Shown piece by piece: positions 62,073 to 64,000 of a DNA stretch of 64,000 nucleotides. Made by a program: the position numbers and the translations under genes. The notes under the pieces were generated by a model, which was not told the origin of the DNA, ran no database searches, and was given only the letters and a program-made list of their open reading frames with translations. Within the stretch, counting starts at the first letter, position 1. Each line of letters begins with the position of its first letter. This DNA comes from Tubiluchus corallicola (lineage: Eukaryota; Animalia; Priapulida), in NCBI GenBank assembly GCA_030141605.1, contig JAQGDQ010000001.1:2790001-2854000 (forward strand), given 5' to 3'.

Positions 62073-62486
62073 ACTAACACTCACAGATCAATTTCAATTT
62101 AGTTTATTTGCACAAATATCCTTCTAGTACATTGGCAATACATATGTATAATACAATTTATAATTACACCAAAATATAAACTCGACAAAATATTCTAATC
62201 AATTAATTAAATAAGTATAAAGATCCATCATAAATATACCACGTAGTATGTTACAGTTTGCATATCTAATAATTATTCGTATAATAAGCCTAATTGACTG
62301 TTGTACTGGTATTTGACATGTGTATTATTATTATTATTGTCAATTTTGATTTTTTTATACATAGTTTGTGCTTATTATTATTTGGCTTATAAAGTATTGG
62401 ACAGTGCTGTAGCCATCGGTGAGGCAAAGTACTAAGCTTTGTTACAAGAGAGCATTCACAGATTTCACACGAAAATGAGAAGAAAT

Positions 62487-62594
62487 ATGGCGGCGACTGC
62501 TAGTGTTAAGGTTAATTCGTCTGATGTTTCCAAACAAAATTTCGACATAAGAACTAAATCTATTGAGCAAACGCTGGTGCCATTAGTCTCACAG
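62487..62594 (+). CDS. CTNNAL1: Alpha-catulin (vinculin/alpha-catenin family), first coding exon; gene continues beyond the window
   Basis: MAATASVKVNSSDVSKQNFDIRTKSIEQTLVPLVSQ followed by donor CAG|GTAAGA; the I(R/K)T.S(I/V)EQTL.PLVSQ block is characteristic of alpha-catulin. An in-frame ATG also lies at 62475. Confidence 0.82.
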
Positions 62595-64000
62595 GTAAGA
62601 TGAGGTTTAAACGAAAAATCGTCAATTGTTACCTTTTCCCTTTAATGTAATATTAAATGCACCTTATTATGCCATTTAGTTTATTTCTGACAGTTTTGAT
62701 ATTAAATAGTGTATATTTAAATAGGCATAGGCCTAAATTTATTATTATCCAGAGACATGAAATTTGTTTATAAAATACTTAAAAACATAGTTAAAGCAAG
62801 CTTGGTTAAACATTGATTGAAGGACTATGTAACCATGGTAATTTATTTTTTGGTATTGCATTTTATTTTTATCCATTTACTTTTGATTTAGTACAAATAT
62901 TACAATACATTTGCGGAAATGACAGTGCATTACAGTGCTATGAGCGTCCAGAAAAAGTTAACTTATAATCAACAGTTGTAAGTTAATTTCTTCAAGAACC
63001 ATCTAGACAAGTATTTTGTAGCTGTGAAATACAGCTGGACATACTGCAACTGCAAGGAACGCCTTGTCAGACAGCATTAAGTTTTTTTACCAGAACTGCA
63101 ACGAAGTCGATGTTCAAAGAAATGTTTTTTATGTGAATCCTCAAACAGGCAATAGCATGATTTTTATGTCAGAGTTTTCTCCGCTTTTAGGTTAGGGTTC
63201 CCTCACAAAGACACCAATTTAAAGATATTGCTATTCAGTACATGGCTATTTAAATTTAATTGATAGGCTATGTCATATTGCTTTACTACTACTTTGCTAC
63301 AGTTAAAAATTTAGATTTCATGTGACAGACTAGAATCTCAGGCAAGGATAATATCAACACTTGACAACCATGTGTCCATTTTTCAACCTGTTGAACAGTG
63401 GCCCTGCATACCTTCTAATTTCCAAAAAATAATTACGATGTAAAAAGCACTTGTAAATATTTTTAATAACTGACTGTTATTGCTAATATTTATTAACATT
63501 TTATACTGGTATTATATTATAATGTTGGTAGGCTGTAGGTTTTGCAAAACCATTACACTATGCAAGTGCGCAACTGCATGCATTCACGGTATTTTCCAAC
63601 ATGAAAACACACTCGTTACAATTTCAGACAGGGCTCTTGAAGGCGTGGCTTAATCGGAAATTGTCCAATCACAATTAGCACCAGCATTGTTTTTCCCAGG
63701 TCTATCTGCGAAAGAAATGCTGCTGTGTATTCAACTTGTGCTTTCTAGGGCTACATATCTACGTGCATCATATGGTTTGTTTGAGTCACTGTCTAATACA
63801 TACTGTAGTTGAATGTGTTAATTTCAGTTTTCAGCATGTCAGTATTTTTATTACTTTAGTATAGTTATCCGATCATAGGACTTTAGTGTAGTGTTAATGT
63901 AGTAGTTGGGCTTCAGTATGCGAGAAGTGCATGTGTGGTAAGCATTTTACATCGTTTCTAAATTAAAATTTTTAATTAGCTACGATGTAAGGGTTGGTTT

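Overview
AT-rich, intron-rich animal (invertebrate-type) genomic DNA holding a compact cluster of housekeeping genes. The ORF track mostly misses them because they are spliced; I rebuilt the exon chains by hand from GT-AG sites and frame continuity. In order: casein kinase II beta (minus, 6 coding exons), POLE3/CHRAC17 (plus, 4 exons, head-to-head with CK2-beta), LRSAM1 E3 ligase (minus, 20 exons, tail-to-tail with POLE3), an Sp1-4 zinc-finger factor (plus, 10 exons), IER3IP1/Yos1 (plus, 3 exons, 81 aa), an intronless MFSD1 (plus), and the first exon of alpha-catulin. The most striking observation is that MFSD1 starts only 140 nt after the IER3IP1 stop codon with no poly(A) signal between them. 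A spare splice acceptor just upstream of MFSD1 is in frame with both IER3IP1 donors, and CLEAR/TFEB-type motifs lie at the IER3IP1 5' end. This suggests a bicistronic, operon-like or fusion-producing IER3IP1-MFSD1 unit. Other points: two copies of a TGTNR-terminated Ginger-like DNA transposon bracket the Sp gene (one carries a decayed Ulp1-like domain), the last-exon acceptor is tandemly duplicated in both POLE3 and Sp, and there are nested MITEs and a Penelope-like GIY-YIG remnant. All calls come from reading the sequence; no searches were run.
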